This document shows positions 62,887 to 64,000 of a stretch of 64,000 nt of DNA, piece by piece. The position numbers were made by a program, and so were the translations under genes. Where the stretch lies: positions 76,632,001 to 76,696,000 of the forward strand of contig OX597823.1 in assembly GCA_951406725.2 (NCBI GenBank), given 5' to 3'. The stretch's first letter is position 1. Each line of letters begins with the position of its first letter. The DNA comes from Octopus vulgaris. Lineage: Eukaryota. The notes under the pieces were generated by a model. The model was not told the origin of the DNA and did not search any database. It worked only from the letters and a program-made list of their open reading frames with translations.

Positions 62887-63392
62887 CACACACACAGGGC
62901 AGAAATAAAGGATATTGAAGAGTGTCTTAAGATGTATGGTAATTTACCCCAACATCACACATCATCAGAGAGAGAGAGACGAACAAGATACACAGGGCAC
63001 TTTGGAGAGCAAAGGATCAGATCATCAGCAATGTTCTTTGGTAACTGAAGCATGGGTGCACAAATGTTGGTCGACCACATTGGACCTACATACAACGACT
63101 GTGCAAGGACTCTATGTGCACCTGAGAAGACCTGCCATGTGCAATGGAAGACAGTACAAAGTGAAGGGATCGAGTCATAGCAATCCATGCCAAAAAAGCA
63201 TGACTGGATGATGATGGTGATGATGATGATGATGTCTTAAGATCCTGCAGGAGAGAGACATGTATTAATGGCATATAGGAAAAAGAGGTTGTACCACATT
63301 AGAATCAAGGCATTGGAAAGCATCACAGACAGAATTGTCAGTAGAAGGTCTAAGCAAACATGACTATCAATGTGTTTGAGGTTTCTTTGAAT

Positions 63393-63394
<2 letters not shown>

Positions 63395-63424
<30 letters not shown>

Positions 63425-63730
63425 TATCGTTTAACGTCCGCTTTCCATGCAGGCATGGGTTGGACCATTTGACTGAGGACTGGCGAACCAGATGGCTGCA
63501 CCAGGCTCCAGTCTCGATCTGGCAGAGTTTCTACAGTTGGATGCCCTTCCCAACGCCAACCACTCCAAGAGCGTAGTGGGTGCTTTTACATGCCACCAGC
63601 ACAAGGGCCAGTCAGGTGGTACTGGCAATGCCACGATCAAATGGTGTTTTTTACATGTCACTTGCACAGGAGCCAGTCCAGCGGCACTGGCAACGACCTT
63701 GCTCGAATGTCTTTTCACTTGCCACTGCTG
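63395..63730 (-). mobile_element. Retroposon family C
   Basis: Homologous to 5961-6230; ends in (GAT)n in element orientation. Confidence 0.55.
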
Positions 63731-64000
63731 TTAATTTCCAGGAAATGCTCATGGAACACATTTCCCAAATGATAGCCAGTATTGCTCAAGTATATACATA
63801 TATATCAATGCAGAGCTTTCATGTTATACTGTATATTAGATTATAGGAGACATAGTCAAAGTAGCAGAACATATCAACAGAAATCTCAGATCCAAGAGGA
63901 GTAATTGTTTAGCAGATGAAAGAAAATATAAAACAATGAAGTTCAGAATACAAAGACATAACAGAAGTGATGTGTATAGGGAGTGAGGTAACTACTGACT

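Noticed and set aside
1-64000. CRISPR arrays, rRNA genes or prokaryotic operons
   Set aside because: No repeat-spacer structure or matching sequence; the region is eukaryotic repeat DNA.

Overview
Eukaryotic, AT-rich, repeat-dense DNA with no recognisable host gene. The SINE families and abundant (CAT)n/(TA)n/(CA)n tracts suggest an octopus (coleoid cephalopod); this is inference. The centre (about 16.5-47.9 kb) is an uninterrupted head-to-tail array of six near-full-length (5.1-5.4 kb) L1/Tx1-like non-LTR retrotransposons (E1-E6), all on the minus strand and from at least three diverged subfamilies. Each 3' end abuts the 5' end of its neighbour, so this is not a simple tandem duplication. 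The elements share a poly(A)-less 3' terminus that also forms the tail of a nearby SINE, a putative 3' UTR loop-loop structure, and a consensus 5' splice site between ORF1 and ORF2. E5 has both ORFs intact. E6 carries a dense A-to-G cluster with ADAR-like context, suggesting a genomically fixed hyper-edited RNA. The flanks hold two decayed convergent Ty3/Gypsy elements, a Naiad-like Penelope element with pLTRs and hammerhead-like motifs, a mariner, a hAT-like MITE, RTE fragments, many SINEs and microsatellites. Coordinates were read by eye and the ends of decayed repeats are approximate.
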